NCBI GenBank assembly: GCA_902793435.1
Contig: CADBDF010000004.1
Span: forward strand, 11,650-75,649
Reading direction: 5' to 3'
DNA from: an uncultured Pseudomonadota bacterium
GTDB lineage: Bacteria; Pseudomonadota; Alphaproteobacteria; Rs-D84
DNA length: 64,000 bases
The translations under genes and the position numbers were made by a program. The notes below the pieces were generated by a model that was not told the origin of the DNA, ran no database searches, and was given only the letters and a program-made list of their open reading frames with translations. This document shows positions 38,412 through 48,792 of the stretch, piece by piece (position 1 is the stretch's first letter; each line of letters starts with the position of its first letter).

Positions 38412-40608
38412 GGCGTTTGTTGTTGGCATCAGGCGCACTCACAATCCCTTCTTGTTCCATACGTTCCATAAAACCAGCCGCCTTGTTATAACCAATTCCC
38501 AATCTTCGTTGCAAATATGAAATTGTCGGTTTTTTATCACGTAAAACAATTTCTTTGGCCTGGGAATATAAATCACCGTCCTTGGCGGCCTTGGCATCCG
38601 CCGCCGATGGCACAACACCACCTGACGCCATATCATCACCAGAATCCGTCACCCCAGATGCATATTCTGGTTCGCCCTGGGAACGCAAGAAATCACCAAT
38701 ACGCGTTAATTCTTTATCCGAAATAAACGCACCATGAATACGTACCAAATCATGTCCAGAATCACTGTACAACATATCACCACATGCCAATAATTGTTCA
38801 GCACCCTTTTCACCTAATGCCGTCATTGAATCGATTACACTACGCGCATGGAAAGAAACACGTATTGGGAAATTGGCCTTGATAACACCTGTAATGGTAT
38901 TTGCGTCTGGACGCTGGGTTGCCATAATCAAATGAATTCCGGCGGCACGCGCCTTTTGTGCAATTCGTTGCACACACATTTCAACTTCTTTACGCGCCAC
39001 AGCCATCAAATCAGCAACCTCGTCGATTACTATTACAATATACGGCATATCAGACAAATCGACTTCTTGGGTTTCAAACAACAATTCACCCGTTTCCTCA
39101 TCTGTGCCAATGGCAACCTGTTGAGTAATTTTTTCACCAGCCTCGCGCTTGGCGGCAACGATTTCGTTATAACTTTGAATATTACGCGCATTAACAACCT
39201 GCAACTGTTTATAACGTTCTTCCATTTCACGCACCGCCCATTTCAATGCGTTCACAGCCGCCGTCGCATCTAATTTCACAATAGGTGTAATCAAATGTGG
39301 GATATCGTCCCAGAACCCAAAATCAACACCCTTGGGGTCAATAATAATCAATTTGCATTTATCAGGTGTAAAATGATACACAATGGAAGTAATTATCGAT
39401 TGAACAAACACAGATTTTCCAGTTCCCGTATGTCCAGAAACCAACATATGTGGCATTTTTGCCAAATCATAATATAACGGATTTCCACCAATATCGACAC
39501 CCAACGCCAACGGTATTTTAAATGGCGAATTTACAAACATATCGTTTTCTATTAACCCACGATATTTAACAGTCTGTGGTTTTACATTTGCCATTTCTAC
39601 ACCAATCAATTGTGTTGATGGAATCGGCGCAATACGCAAAGTTTTTGTTGCCATGGCACGTGTCATATCTTTGACAGTCTTGGTCACATCAATTAATTTC
39701 GTTCCACTTTCTGGCAAAAATTCATACAACGTCACGATTGGCCCCGGACGAATACCTGTCACTTTGCCATACACATTATATTCTGCAAAATGTGTTTCCA
39801 TAGATTCTGCCTGGGCCCTTAATTCTGGCGTCACAACACCTTTGCCAAACACAGATTCTTCCAAAAATTCAGGGTCAGGTAATTCATATTCCCCACTTTC
39901 AATTGTGACTTTTTTACGAACCGCACGTGTTTTCTTTTGCTTAGGTTTCTCTTCTTCCTCTGCTTCTTCGGGTTCTTCTTCTACGTCTTCTTCCTCTTCT
40001 TCTACATCTTCTTCACGCACAGGCAAAATATGAAATGCAGACAGCACCCAACGAATTGCACCCCAAACCAAATGCGCAACACTAACCACATAATCCCATT
40101 TTATATGCAATAAAATTCCAGCCATCAACCCAAATCCAGCCAACGAAAGCAAACCAATAACTATTTGCCAATTCCCCATAAACGCACCAAAATCATTTGA
40201 CGCAATCGCACCAAACATACCACCAAACGAAGAACCAGGAAATACCATACCAAACCCAGCGCACCCCAAACACAACGCAATAAATCCACGCAATATATTA
40301 TATTCAGGCGTTGCCATTTCATCGCGTCCGCCCATATAGTAAAAACCGGCACGCATCAAACACAAAAACAAAAATATCATTGGAATAAAACCAAACATAT
40401 AACGCAACAGACCGACAACATAGCCAAATATGCCATGATTACCATATGTACTGGAAACCGCCCAACCATCCAAATAGGAATTATAAAACAAAGCCGACAA
40501 AATCGCCAATACACCAACACAAAACATCGCCCCGCCTAACAACCGCCAAGCCAGGTCTTTCAACGCCCCAGATAACCTTTCTGGTAAAAATCTAGATTTT
40601 CCTTCCAT
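38401..40608 (-). CDS. ftsK: DNA translocase FtsK
   Basis: 4 TM, GPIVTLYE, MPHMLVSGHTGTGKSV, IDEVADLM, ATQRP, gamma domain LQRRLGIGYNKAA. Confidence 0.97.
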   Translation of the reverse strand: MEGKSRFLPERLSGALKDLAWRLLGGAMFCVGVLAILSALFYNSYLDGWAVSSTYGNHGIFGYVVGLLRYMFGFIPMIFLFLCLMRAGFYYMGGRDEMATPEYNILRGFIALCLGCAGFGMVFPGSSFGGMFGAIASNDFGAFMGNWQIVIGLLSLAGFGLMAGILLHIKWDYVVSVAHLVWGAIRWVLSAFHILPVREEDVEEEEEDVEEEPEEAEEEEKPKQKKTRAVRKKVTIESGEYELPDPEFLEESVFGKGVVTPELRAQAESMETHFAEYNVYGKVTGIRPGPIVTLYEFLPESGTKLIDVTKTVKDMTRAMATKTLRIAPIPSTQLIGVEMANVKPQTVKYRGLIENDMFVNSPFKIPLALGVDIGGNPLYYDLAKMPHMLVSGHTGTGKSVFVQSIITSIVYHFTPDKCKLIIIDPKGVDFGFWDDIPHLITPIVKLDATAAVNALKWAVREMEERYKQLQVVNARNIQSYNEIVAAKREAGEKITQQVAIGTDEETGELLFETQEVDLSDMPYIVIVIDEVADLMAVARKEVEMCVQRIAQKARAAGIHLIMATQRPDANTITGVIKANFPIRVSFHARSVIDSMTALGEKGAEQLLACGDMLYSDSGHDLVRIHGAFISDKELTRIGDFLRSQGEPEYASGVTDSGDDMASGGVVPSAADAKAAKDGDLYSQAKEIVLRDKKPTISYLQRRLGIGYNKAAGFMERMEQEGIVSAPDANNKRQIL

Positions 40609-40680
40609 GCCCCGATTATACCACAAAAAATCCTAAAATTAAAGGGGGACGAAATAAAAAATCGGGATTTCCCCGACTTT

Positions 40681-41364
40681 CTATTTTATCCGTCTAACAA
40701 TCGCCAAAACAACATCTGCGGCGACCATACCAATAAACGCCCCCAATATAACATCGGTCGGCCAATGCGCCCCGGTTGCCACACGTGATACCGCAATAAT
40801 AATTGCCAAACTCCATGTCAGCCATTTGAAACGCGGCATCAACATACCTAACATAACCAAGCCGGCAAACGATAACGCGGTATGTCCAGACGGCATAGAA
40901 TTAAACCAATAATTTGTTGTAAATGGGTAAAAACCATCTAATCCCAACATATCAAAAAATTTTGGACGCATACGACCAATAACAACCTTTAATATTTCGA
41001 CAACGACCCCAGACAAACACAGCGAACACAAAACCAAAAACGCATTACTGTTTTTTAATTTTGAATATGCATCTTTAAATAAAAACCGCACATTAAACCA
41101 ATGCATTTGTGTTGTTGGATCATTACGCAATTCGTACGTTTTTTTCAAATACATCAATATTGTTGCCAATAAAAACACCGCAACCCAGACCTTGCCATCA
41201 AATATATTCGCGAACCAATGCCACAAAGTAATATCATAATTTTGCAACCACAAATACACCGGTATATCAAACCAACACACCCCAGCAACCACAGTCGCCA
41301 AAACCAGTAAAGTTGCAACAATTAAACGCAACCATTTAATTTTATTTTGTTTTGAAATAAACAT
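40681..41364 (-). CDS. PAP2-family phosphatase (lipid A or undecaprenyl-PP phosphatase-like)
   Basis: K.VIGR.RP, SMPSGH, SRV..G.HWPTDV. Confidence 0.9.
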   Translation of the reverse strand: MFISKQNKIKWLRLIVATLLVLATVVAGVCWFDIPVYLWLQNYDITLWHWFANIFDGKVWVAVFLLATILMYLKKTYELRNDPTTQMHWFNVRFLFKDAYSKLKNSNAFLVLCSLCLSGVVVEILKVVIGRMRPKFFDMLGLDGFYPFTTNYWFNSMPSGHTALSFAGLVMLGMLMPRFKWLTWSLAIIIAVSRVATGAHWPTDVILGAFIGMVAADVVLAIVRRIK

Positions 41365-41373
41365 ATAAATCCC

Positions 41374-42843
41374 CTATTCTGCGATTAACCTGTTATAAAC
41401 AGTTTTATCGGTTAAAATTTTTGTTGCAACCGCCATCGACATCATATCTTCATCATCACCACTGGTAATAACCGGACATCCACGCCGCACAGATGCAACA
41501 TTTACTTTATCATTTTTGTTAAAATCCTGAATTTTAAAATCGTTATTTATAACATTTACAAAGAACGCATTTTGCTGCTTTGACGAACGAATATTCGACA
41601 AACACACAATTGGGAAAACCCCACGAGAATCCAATGCGTACCCACCCACAGATTTAATAGATTTATTTAATAATTCCAATGCACCACCATTTGACAATTC
41701 AATACGTGTTGCAATACGCGCCTCGCCTGCTGTTGGTGTGCCAACCAAAACCCCGCGTCCATTTTCATAAATTGCCGATGCCAAACCTTCGGCTGTACCA
41801 CGTGTGGTATTAGATGTCAAAACAACAATATTTGCATCAGTCACCGCATCTCCACCCGGCACAAATTCAACATCTTCACCTGCCGTTTGCGATACACGCA
41901 TAACAGGTTTTGCCCCCATAAATAATCCAGCCATTTTTGTGGTAGCTTTGGCATCGGTTCCTGATGCCGCACGCAAATCCAAAATAATACCATCAATATT
42001 TTTATATTTTGCCAATGCCTCATTAACAATATTTGTTGCATTATCTGTCATTTCATTAACAACAATTTCTAACAAACCACCCTTATCAATTGGTCGATAA
42101 ATAATATCTGCATCCGCCAACACAATTGTTGCACGACGCAACACAACATTACGATTTCCTGATGGCGTCAATAAATGCAACTTGGCGGTTCCGCTATTTA
42201 AACCTTGGAAAACAGAATCTAATTCTGTATCTGTCATTTTTGAAACATCACGTCCATTAACAACATCAATTAAATCGCCAACCTTTATTCCAGCCATATC
42301 CGCAGGCGAACCTTGGACAATCGCACCAACACGAAAATCGCCATTATTTTCACGCCAGCCTGACAGACCAACACTGGTTAAAATACGATTGCCAGAATTA
42401 TTCAAAATTGTTTCACGTGATATATATTTGCCAGATTCATCTATTCCTTGCATTAATGCCGAAACTGCACGTTCATAAATTTCTTCATTGGATAACTGCG
42501 CCAATTCAGAATCACGCGCACGCATTTTATCAATCAATGATGTTGTAATTTTTCCGTATTGCAACCAATCACCCTTTTGTGGCTGTTGATAATTTCCAAC
42601 AATCGAATCGCGCCAAACTAAAATAATTCTGTCATCTGTCGCCGCCAAATGTGCATGTGGGCTTAGATTTTCCAGCCCTTCGATAACTACACCGATATTT
42701 TTTCCACCCCATTGCACAGAATCTAATTTTTCATAAATTTCTGCAAAAATATTCACAGATTTTTCTGGCATACCGGAATCTGCATACGCAGAAAAAACGG
42801 TCAATGCAAAAAGCCCAGAAAAAACTATATGTGAAATTTTCAT
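41374..42843 (-). CDS. S41/CtpA-like PDZ protein, apparently catalytically inactive
   Basis: Signal peptide; PDZ GSPADMAGIKVGD; GIILDLR; TRGTAE and TAGE in place of SASASE and TFGK. Confidence 0.8.
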   Translation of the reverse strand: MKISHIVFSGLFALTVFSAYADSGMPEKSVNIFAEIYEKLDSVQWGGKNIGVVIEGLENLSPHAHLAATDDRIILVWRDSIVGNYQQPQKGDWLQYGKITTSLIDKMRARDSELAQLSNEEIYERAVSALMQGIDESGKYISRETILNNSGNRILTSVGLSGWRENNGDFRVGAIVQGSPADMAGIKVGDLIDVVNGRDVSKMTDTELDSVFQGLNSGTAKLHLLTPSGNRNVVLRRATIVLADADIIYRPIDKGGLLEIVVNEMTDNATNIVNEALAKYKNIDGIILDLRAASGTDAKATTKMAGLFMGAKPVMRVSQTAGEDVEFVPGGDAVTDANIVVLTSNTTRGTAEGLASAIYENGRGVLVGTPTAGEARIATRIELSNGGALELLNKSIKSVGGYALDSRGVFPIVCLSNIRSSKQQNAFFVNVINNDFKIQDFNKNDKVNVASVRRGCPVITSGDDEDMMSMAVATKILTDKTVYNRLIAE

Positions 42844-42883
42844 TTTATTCCTCCCTTTACTCTCTTTACATTGACCGACATTA

Positions 42884-43747
42884 TTAATATTTTGTTTCGC
42901 GCAAATTAAAGTGATACAAAATAACATTAGAAATATAAATGGACGTCAGTGTTCCCATAACAACACTGAAAGTCATGGCAATTGCAAAATCACGCAACAT
43001 CATTCCTCCAAACACATACAAACCAACCATAGCCAATATGGTTGAAATACTGGTCATCAATGTTCTGCGCAACATTTCATTAACAGACAAATCAATCAAA
43101 TCATTCATCGGCATTTTATGATATTTTTGTATATTTTCATCGATACGGTCATAATTCACAACCTTATCATTAATTGAATAACCAATACCCATCAAAATAA
43201 CCGCAATCGCCGTTTGGTTAAATTCCAAACCTGTGACAGAAAAGAAGCCGAACATCAAAACAAAGTCCAACAACAACGACACAAAGGAACCAACCGCATA
43301 ACCACCGCGATAACGAATCCAAATATATACACTCATCAACACAAAAGAAACCAACACCGCCAAAATACCACCGCGGATAAGTTCGCCACCAATTTTGGGT
43401 CCAACAATTTGCACCTGGGAATATGTCACATTATCACCCAAAATATTTTTAATTTCCGTCACACGTGCATTTTGTTGTGCATCGGTAGAACCTTTTGGCA
43501 AACCAACACGTACCAACACAGAACCACCATCAACAACCTGTAATTCTGGTTTAAATTCTGCCAAAGCGGAACGCATTTTATCAATAGTATATTCGGCATT
43601 TGTTGGTTGAACTTCCATCGAAATACCACCAGAAAAGTCGATACCGTAATTCAGTCCTTTAAAACACAAAGACAAAATCGACAATAAAACCAACGCGCCA
43701 GAAATCCAATAGGACAACTTACGATATTTCATAAAGTGTAAATTCAT
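42884..43747 (-). CDS. secF: Protein translocase subunit SecF
   Basis: GLNYGIDFSGG, VGPKIG.EL, IGYSIND.VV.YDRI.E. Confidence 0.96.
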   Translation of the reverse strand: MNLHFMKYRKLSYWISGALVLLSILSLCFKGLNYGIDFSGGISMEVQPTNAEYTIDKMRSALAEFKPELQVVDGGSVLVRVGLPKGSTDAQQNARVTEIKNILGDNVTYSQVQIVGPKIGGELIRGGILAVLVSFVLMSVYIWIRYRGGYAVGSFVSLLLDFVLMFGFFSVTGLEFNQTAIAVILMGIGYSINDKVVNYDRIDENIQKYHKMPMNDLIDLSVNEMLRRTLMTSISTILAMVGLYVFGGMMLRDFAIAMTFSVVMGTLTSIYISNVILYHFNLRETKY

Positions 43748-43758
43748 CAGCCCCACCT

Positions 43759-45318
43759 TTATTTATTTTTAATAAAACCAATTTTTTTGTTTTTCGCATT
43801 CATATACCAATCAATCAAAACACGTGACAACACCAAACATGTAAATAAAGTTGTTATCACACCGATTGATAAAGTGACCGCAAAACCACGAATTGGACCC
43901 GCACCAAATTCAAACAAAATCAACGAGCAAATCAAATTCGTTAAATTACCGTCCATAACTGTTTTGACAGAACGCGAAAATCCCATATCAACGGCACGTA
44001 ATGTCGGCACACCGGCACGAACCTCGTCACGAATACGTTCATACGGCAATATGTTCGCATCAACCGCCATACCCAAAGTCAAAACAATACCTGCGATACC
44101 TGGCAAAGTCAGTGTTGCACCCAACACAGCCGAAACACCAACAATCATCGCCAAATTAACCAACAATACAATATCGGCAAAGAATCCAAATAATCCATAC
44201 ACCAATATCATAAATACGACGATAAACAACACACCAACTGCCGAACCAATTTTACCAGACGCAATAGTATCAGCACCCAATCCGGCACCAACTGTGCGTT
44301 CTTCGATGACCGTTAATGGCGCAGGCAACGCACCACTGCGTAATAATACCGCCAAATCTTTTGCACCCTGCAAAGTAAATCCACCAGAAATTTGACCACG
44401 TCCCCCAGGTATAGGTTCGCGAATATTTGGCGCCGACAAAACTTTGCCGTCCAACACAATTGCAAACCTTTCATTTACGTGTTCTGTGGTCAATTTTGCA
44501 AAACGACGCGCCCCCGATGCATCAAACACAGTTGTCACAACCGGCATATTGTTTTGATCAAAATCCGCCTGAGAATCTTTTAAAGATTCACCAGAAACCT
44601 CGACATGCGAATACACAGGAACCAACTGTTCTGGATTTTCCATATATGGCAAAAATACAGTTCCCGCCGGCGCACGTTTCGATGCCAGTTGTTCAGGACT
44701 AACATTTTCATTTACCAAATGAAACGTCATTTTTGCGGTCTGGCCAATCAATTCTTTGATACGTTCTGGGTTATCAACACCAGGCAACTGAATCAAAATA
44801 TATTTTCCACCCTGACTTTGAATAGACGGTTCTTTGGTACCCAACGCATCAATACGACGACGAACAATTTCGATACTGCGTGTCAAAGCATCATTAACCA
44901 TTTCTTGCTTTTGCTTTTCTGTATATTCAACACGAACGATATTTCCAGACGACGAAACATCAACACCGGCACCCAACACAGATTTTAATCTGCCTTTGGC
45001 CTTGGACACTTCCGTACCATCACGCACAGCCAATGTAATCACACCATCAACATTACGCAAATTAGAAAAACGAATAATTCCACGATTTCTATCCACCAAT
45101 GCAGAACGAACCTCGTCATACAATTGCACAGATTTGTCCTGAAACATTTGGTCTGTATTGACCTCTAACAATAACTGCGCACCACCTTTTAAATCCAATC
45201 CCAAATTGATTGGTTGAATCCACGATGGAAAATATTTTGCTGCACCCGGCACAAACGTCGGCACAGCCAACAAAACACCAAACACTGCAACAAATACAAT
45301 TGCCAGTTTTTTAAACAT
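43759..45318 (-). CDS. secD: Protein translocase subunit SecD
   Basis: LGLDLKGG, RRIDALG..EP, LRSGALPAP, GMAVDANI..ERI. Confidence 0.97.
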   Translation of the reverse strand: MFKKLAIVFVAVFGVLLAVPTFVPGAAKYFPSWIQPINLGLDLKGGAQLLLEVNTDQMFQDKSVQLYDEVRSALVDRNRGIIRFSNLRNVDGVITLAVRDGTEVSKAKGRLKSVLGAGVDVSSSGNIVRVEYTEKQKQEMVNDALTRSIEIVRRRIDALGTKEPSIQSQGGKYILIQLPGVDNPERIKELIGQTAKMTFHLVNENVSPEQLASKRAPAGTVFLPYMENPEQLVPVYSHVEVSGESLKDSQADFDQNNMPVVTTVFDASGARRFAKLTTEHVNERFAIVLDGKVLSAPNIREPIPGGRGQISGGFTLQGAKDLAVLLRSGALPAPLTVIEERTVGAGLGADTIASGKIGSAVGVLFIVVFMILVYGLFGFFADIVLLVNLAMIVGVSAVLGATLTLPGIAGIVLTLGMAVDANILPYERIRDEVRAGVPTLRAVDMGFSRSVKTVMDGNLTNLICSLILFEFGAGPIRGFAVTLSIGVITTLFTCLVLSRVLIDWYMNAKNKKIGFIKNK

Positions 45319-45335
45319 AACACCACACCTTTTTA

Positions 45336-45653
45336 TTATTTAGATTCCACACCCGCCACAGCATTCTTGCTAACCGTCACAACAACACCTTTGGCAATTT
45401 CCAATTCAATTGTTTTTTCATTGATTGATTTAATGGTTCCATAAATACCACCCGCCAACACACGCGAACCAACGCTTAACGAATTCAGCATTTTTTGATA
45501 TTCCGCCATACGTTTTTTTGCAGGCCTTACCATTAAAAAGTAAATAATTCCAAAAACAACCGCACAATATAACAACATTCCTAACCAACTGCCCTGTTCG
45601 GCCGCAGCCACGTTATTTGCCATCATATTCGCAGATTCAACTGTATTTTCCAT
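45336..45653 (-). CDS. yajC: Preprotein translocase subunit YajC
   Basis: YFLMVRP.KK, G.RV..GGIYG.I, LEIA.GV. Confidence 0.93.
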   Translation of the reverse strand: MENTVESANMMANNVAAAEQGSWLGMLLYCAVVFGIIYFLMVRPAKKRMAEYQKMLNSLSVGSRVLAGGIYGTIKSINEKTIELEIAKGVVVTVSKNAVAGVESK

Positions 45654-45742
45654 AATTTCTCCTTTTGATTATGGTTGAAACATAGACAAAAAACCCAAAA
45701 AAGTAAAGAAAAAAAGCGGAAAGTCGCACAATCATTTTCAAC

Positions 45743-45771
45743 AAAAAAAATTCGGCATAAAATATGCCGAA
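45743..45771 (-). terminator. Intrinsic terminator
   Basis: ttcggcata-aaa-tatgccgaa with A8 on + strand. Confidence 0.7.
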
Positions 45772-45791
45772 CCAGAAATTAAAATTCTTAT

Positions 45792-46316
45792 TTACTGGGC
45801 ATCAGCCGCAGTTGCAATTTTCATCCACGTTCTGCCATTATCGCTACTGGCTGTGGCTGGCTGATTTGAATGGTTGCCGATTGTCACATAACCACATTCA
45901 TCACTGGACCCACAATTTCCGGCATACGCAGTTGATAATTTATCACGTTGCAAAACCGCAACATTTGCCTTGTTATTTTTAATACTGGACGTGGAAATAT
46001 TTGTACTGGCCGTTGCCGCCAAATCTCCAACCGCAACCCCTGTAATTGTCGGTGTATCACCAACATCTGTAATAACATTGTTAATCGCCGTACCCTCAAC
46101 AGAAGCCAGTTTCGCAGTTTGCGGAACCGTTCCACGTCTATAACCATAATCGTATGTAGATGAACTGGTGCTGCTATCAACCGTTCCATCGCCATATGTA
46201 ATATCATAAACAGATTTACGAACAACATTTGTTGATGCCGTTTTAATATCCGCATTAGCCCCAGCCGCAACAAACAGCGTACCAAAAACACCAGCAAACA
46301 AAGCAACTTTCTTCAT
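45792..46316 (-). CDS. Secreted Ser/Thr-rich hypothetical protein
   Basis: AAGGA RBS; signal peptide (ANA-D); C-terminal C-x5-C and W motif. Confidence 0.75.
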   Translation of the reverse strand: MKKVALFAGVFGTLFVAAGANADIKTASTNVVRKSVYDITYGDGTVDSSTSSSTYDYGYRRGTVPQTAKLASVEGTAINNVITDVGDTPTITGVAVGDLAATASTNISTSSIKNNKANVAVLQRDKLSTAYAGNCGSSDECGYVTIGNHSNQPATASSDNGRTWMKIATAADAQ

Positions 46317-46397
46317 TTTCCTTTCCTTTTTATCTATACGATAACTCTTTACGCAAATAATGATATCATAGTTTTAAAATTTTGACAATTGAAAAAT

Positions 46398-48194
46398 TTA
46401 ACTTCTTTCAAAAATAATATCCAAATCAGTTAATGGAATAATTTTATACACCGGCCGACCATGATTACATTGTCCGCCACGTGTGGTATTTTCAATATCA
46501 CGCAACAACGCATTCATTTGTGCAACATCTAATTTTTGCCCTGCCCGCACAGAATGATGACATGCCCAATTTGCCAATTTCAAATGCAACCTTTCATTTA
46601 ATTGTACCGAATGACCATTTGCACGAACCTCATCTGCAATTTCATGCAACAATGTTGCCCAATTTAAATCCCAATCAGCCGGCTTTTCAAATATTGCAAT
46701 TGCGGTATCACCAAACGAATCCAATGTCAGCCCCGAATTTTTTAACTCATCTGCGATTTCCAACACAGCCTCAACATCTTCGGCACGCATATTTACAACA
46801 ATCGGGGTCAATAATGGTTGAACCTTTATTGTATGGGTCCGCACACGTTCATACGTAATACGTTCATGCGCCGCATGTTGATCAACAATAATTAAATTAT
46901 CCCCAGATTCCGCCAATATATATTTATCACCAATTTGTCCAATTGCATGTCCCAACGGTCTTTGCGCAAACGCATCATCTGGCGAAACAATATTTTTTTC
47001 GCACACAACATTTTCATCATTTAAATTTTGTTCATCAAAAAAGTTTTTCACATTTGGCGACCGCACAGACAACACTTTTTGCACAGTATTTGTATCACGA
47101 TTTGCCAAATTAAAATTATCATAGTTTGGCGTTGCAACTGGAATATTCATCTGTTGAGGTTTTGACACAAATTCCAAATCATGTGACATATCATTGGACA
47201 AATTATTTTGCACAACTGTCTGCAAAGTTTCCGCCAAACGATTTCTTAAATTTTTAATAATAAATGCACGCACATGCGATGGCTCTAAAAAATGAACCTC
47301 TGTCTTGGCGGGCGACACATTTACATCAACATTTGCCGAATTAAGATTTAAAAATAACGCACACAACGGAAACTCGCGCGCATGCATAACGTCCATATAC
47401 GCGGCCCGCAAAGCCCCAACAACAACCTTGTCTTTTATTGGTCGTGAATTTACAAATAAAAATTGATCAACCGATGACGCACGACGCAATGTGGGTTCTG
47501 ACACAAAGCCCGTTAATGTCATATCCCCAGATTCAGATTTTGCGTTAATTTCCAACATACGACCATTTATATCATCGCCCATAACGGCAATCATACGTTC
47601 CAACAAATCTTGTCCTTTTGGGAAAAACCATTTGTTGTTTAAAACAAAACCAACGTCCCGTCGCGCCAAAGCCAACCGTTTGATTATTTCCAAAACCGAC
47701 ATTGTTTCTGCGCGGTCACCACGTAAAAATTTCAATCGTGCCGGCACATTTCCAAATAAATTTTGAACCCTGATTCGTGTTCCAGAATCCCAATTAGACG
47801 GTTTTATTTCACCTGTGGTTGCATTTAATTGCCAACCGTTTGGCTCACTGTCATTATATGTATCAATCGTCATATTAGAAACAGACGCAATTGACGGCAA
47901 TGCTTCGCCACGAAACCCCATATATGTAATATTTGTTAAATCATCATCTGGTAATTTTGATGTTGCATGCCGCATTATTGATTTTGCCAAATCATCACGC
48001 ACCATACCGCGCCCATTATCAACAACAGTTATTGATGTGCGTCCCCCATCAACAACATCAACCACAATTTGGTCAGCCCCCGCGTCCAGCGCATTTTCAA
48101 CCAATTCTTTTACAACACTAGCTGGATTTTCCACCACTTCACCCGCGGCAATTTGATTCACTAAAAAATCAGGCAACACGCGAACCGACATCAA
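46398..48194 (-). CDS. mutL: Mismatch repair endonuclease MutL
   Basis: NQIAAGEVV, GFRGEAL, DQHAAHER, ACH, CNHGRP. Confidence 0.97.
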   Translation of the reverse strand: MMSVRVLPDFLVNQIAAGEVVENPASVVKELVENALDAGADQIVVDVVDGGRTSITVVDNGRGMVRDDLAKSIMRHATSKLPDDDLTNITYMGFRGEALPSIASVSNMTIDTYNDSEPNGWQLNATTGEIKPSNWDSGTRIRVQNLFGNVPARLKFLRGDRAETMSVLEIIKRLALARRDVGFVLNNKWFFPKGQDLLERMIAVMGDDINGRMLEINAKSESGDMTLTGFVSEPTLRRASSVDQFLFVNSRPIKDKVVVGALRAAYMDVMHAREFPLCALFLNLNSANVDVNVSPAKTEVHFLEPSHVRAFIIKNLRNRLAETLQTVVQNNLSNDMSHDLEFVSKPQQMNIPVATPNYDNFNLANRDTNTVQKVLSVRSPNVKNFFDEQNLNDENVVCEKNIVSPDDAFAQRPLGHAIGQIGDKYILAESGDNLIIVDQHAAHERITYERVRTHTIKVQPLLTPIVVNMRAEDVEAVLEIADELKNSGLTLDSFGDTAIAIFEKPADWDLNWATLLHEIADEVRANGHSVQLNERLHLKLANWACHHSVRAGQKLDVAQMNALLRDIENTTRGGQCNHGRPVYKIIPLTDLDIIFERS

Positions 48195-48224
48195 AAACCC
48201 TTTCCTAACCTTTTTATTGTATAT

Positions 48225-48695
48225 TTAGTCTTTAAATTTAACTTCAATAATTTCAAATTCTTTTTCACCACTTGGTAATTTCACAGTACAACAATCACCC
48301 ACGCAACGTCCAATCAACGCGCGTCCCATTGGTGATGTGCAAGAAATAATTTGTCGCCCATCAGATTCCACATCCGACAAAATCCGGCACTGCATACGAT
48401 TGCCATCTTCGTCTTCGGCGATGACACGCGCACCAAAAACCACTTTGTCGCCAGACAAACTGTCTATATCAATAACATCAGCATTTGCAACAATACTTTC
48501 GATATATTGTATGCGTTTATCAATCTGTCTTTGTTTTTCGCGTGCCGCACTGTAATCCGCATTTTCTGACAAATCGCCCAACGACCGCGCCCATTGAACA
48601 ACACGCAAAATTTCAGGTCTTTGCACCTCTTTTAAATCTTTTAATTCTTTTAACAGTGTATCAAATCCAGCCCGCGAAATTGGTTTTTTTTCCAT
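48225..48695 (-). CDS. greA: Transcription elongation factor GreA
   Basis: AR.LGDLSENADY..A, V.FGA.V, IS..SP.GRAL. Confidence 0.95.
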   Translation of the reverse strand: MEKKPISRAGFDTLLKELKDLKEVQRPEILRVVQWARSLGDLSENADYSAAREKQRQIDKRIQYIESIVANADVIDIDSLSGDKVVFGARVIAEDEDGNRMQCRILSDVESDGRQIISCTSPMGRALIGRCVGDCCTVKLPSGEKEFEIIEVKFKD

Positions 48696-48792
48696 AACAA
48701 CCACCTTTATCAACATTATTTTCAAAGCCAAATTATACACTTTCATTTTAATTTTGCAATTATCAAATGAACAAGGTATAATTCCCAATATT

